DNA of 64,000 bases from Torpedo marmorata (lineage: Eukaryota), in NCBI GenBank assembly GCA_977017645.1, contig OZ360233.1, positions 18,166,001 through 18,230,000 of the forward strand, read 5' to 3'. Made by a program: the position numbers and the translations under genes. The notes below the pieces were generated by a model. The model worked only from the letters and a program-made list of their open reading frames with translations, did no database searches and had not been told where the DNA came from. Below, one piece after another: positions 63,420 to 64,000 of the stretch. The stretch's first letter is position 1, and the number at the start of each line of letters is the position of its first letter.

Positions 63420-64000
63420 CACACTGTTCCAGGGCGGTGGCAGATCCGCACAAAAACTCACCTCGAGACATTGAATCGGACCCTATGGCTAGGGGGCGCT
63501 CTCGGCCACGCATGGAAGCGAATACACGACCTTCCTGGAGAGTCTGCTGCAACGCCGAGATGCAGGAGATTTTCCCTCCTCTGAGCGTTTCTCTTTCACT
63601 GCTGCCTCTGTGTCTCATTCCGTAATTTGAGGTGGACGGTAGGAAGTCAGGGGGAGAGGAAGAAATGGATAGCTGTTTGCCAGAATATTGTATGAAAATG
63701 AAGGAGTGTTTGTTAGATGGAAATTGAGAAATTAAAAAAGCGGTAAACCGCGCGGGTGGGTGTGACCGGTAGGTGATCCTTCGGCCTCTCCTTCCCAAAA
63801 TCAACAACAAGCTCCTTGGTCTTGGTGAAAATAAGAACATAATTGTTGTTCTCGAACCACCAAACCAGGTTCACCATCTCCATTCTGCATTCTGACTCAT
63901 CTTTTCCAGTTATTTGGCCAACACTGGTGGTGTCTTCAGCTAATGTGTCGGTTGAGTTGGGGCTGAACTAGGCTGAACGGTCAATTGGTGCACATGGCAG

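Larger units (their letters stand above)
2148..63458 (+). other. Germline antigen-receptor V-segment array, TCR alpha/delta-like (about 35 segments and relics, one orientation)
   Basis: Repeated leader/intron/V-exon/23-RSS modules. V-set motifs SVTQ, LSCSY, FWY.Q..G..P.YLL, EDSA.Y.CAV(R/K/E). No Ig octamer noticed in promoters and no D/J/C near the V segments, which argues against an Ig cluster. Alpha vs delta cannot be decided from this window. Confidence 0.85.

Noticed and set aside
2148-63458. Immunoglobulin, IgNAR or NAR-TCR cluster
   Set aside because: No D, J, C or 12-spacer RSS seen near any V; no octamer noticed; segments have their own leaders and TRAV/TRDV-like ends.
1-64000. CRISPR array or prokaryotic defence system
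   Set aside because: Repeats are kilobase-scale segmental duplications with spliceosomal introns and vertebrate retroelements; no repeat-spacer pattern.

Overview
Eukaryotic, vertebrate genomic DNA: a tandem array of about 35 germline antigen-receptor variable (V) gene segments, all on the + strand. They are most like T-cell receptor alpha/delta V segments. The repeat content (CR1/HER1-type LINE, GIY-YIG Penelope-like element, Rex1, L1) suggests a cartilaginous fish (inference). A complete segment has a 46-nt leader exon, a ~80-nt phase-1 intron, a V exon (Cys...WY.Q...DSA.Y.C) and a 23-spacer RSS, typically CACACTG-23-ACAAAAACT. I saw no D, J or C exons. Four paralogous families, labelled A, B, C and D here, recur in ~6.5-kb units [TE block-A-B-C-orphan leader-D] and ~2.6-kb units [C-orphan leader-D]. 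There is a ~26-kb higher-order duplication and an older diverged block at ~43.3-53.4 kb. Eleven segments look potentially functional (A3, A5, A6, D2-D9); families B and C are pseudogenes. Most notable: an intact second leader exon with its own promoter-like module upstream of every D segment; CTCF-like motifs just 3' of RSSs; a V-exon deletion ending at the RSS heptamer; a non-canonical third cysteine; a tailless tRNA-Cys retrocopy; and L1 insertions flanked by very long duplications. Coordinates were counted by hand and TE boundaries are approximate.
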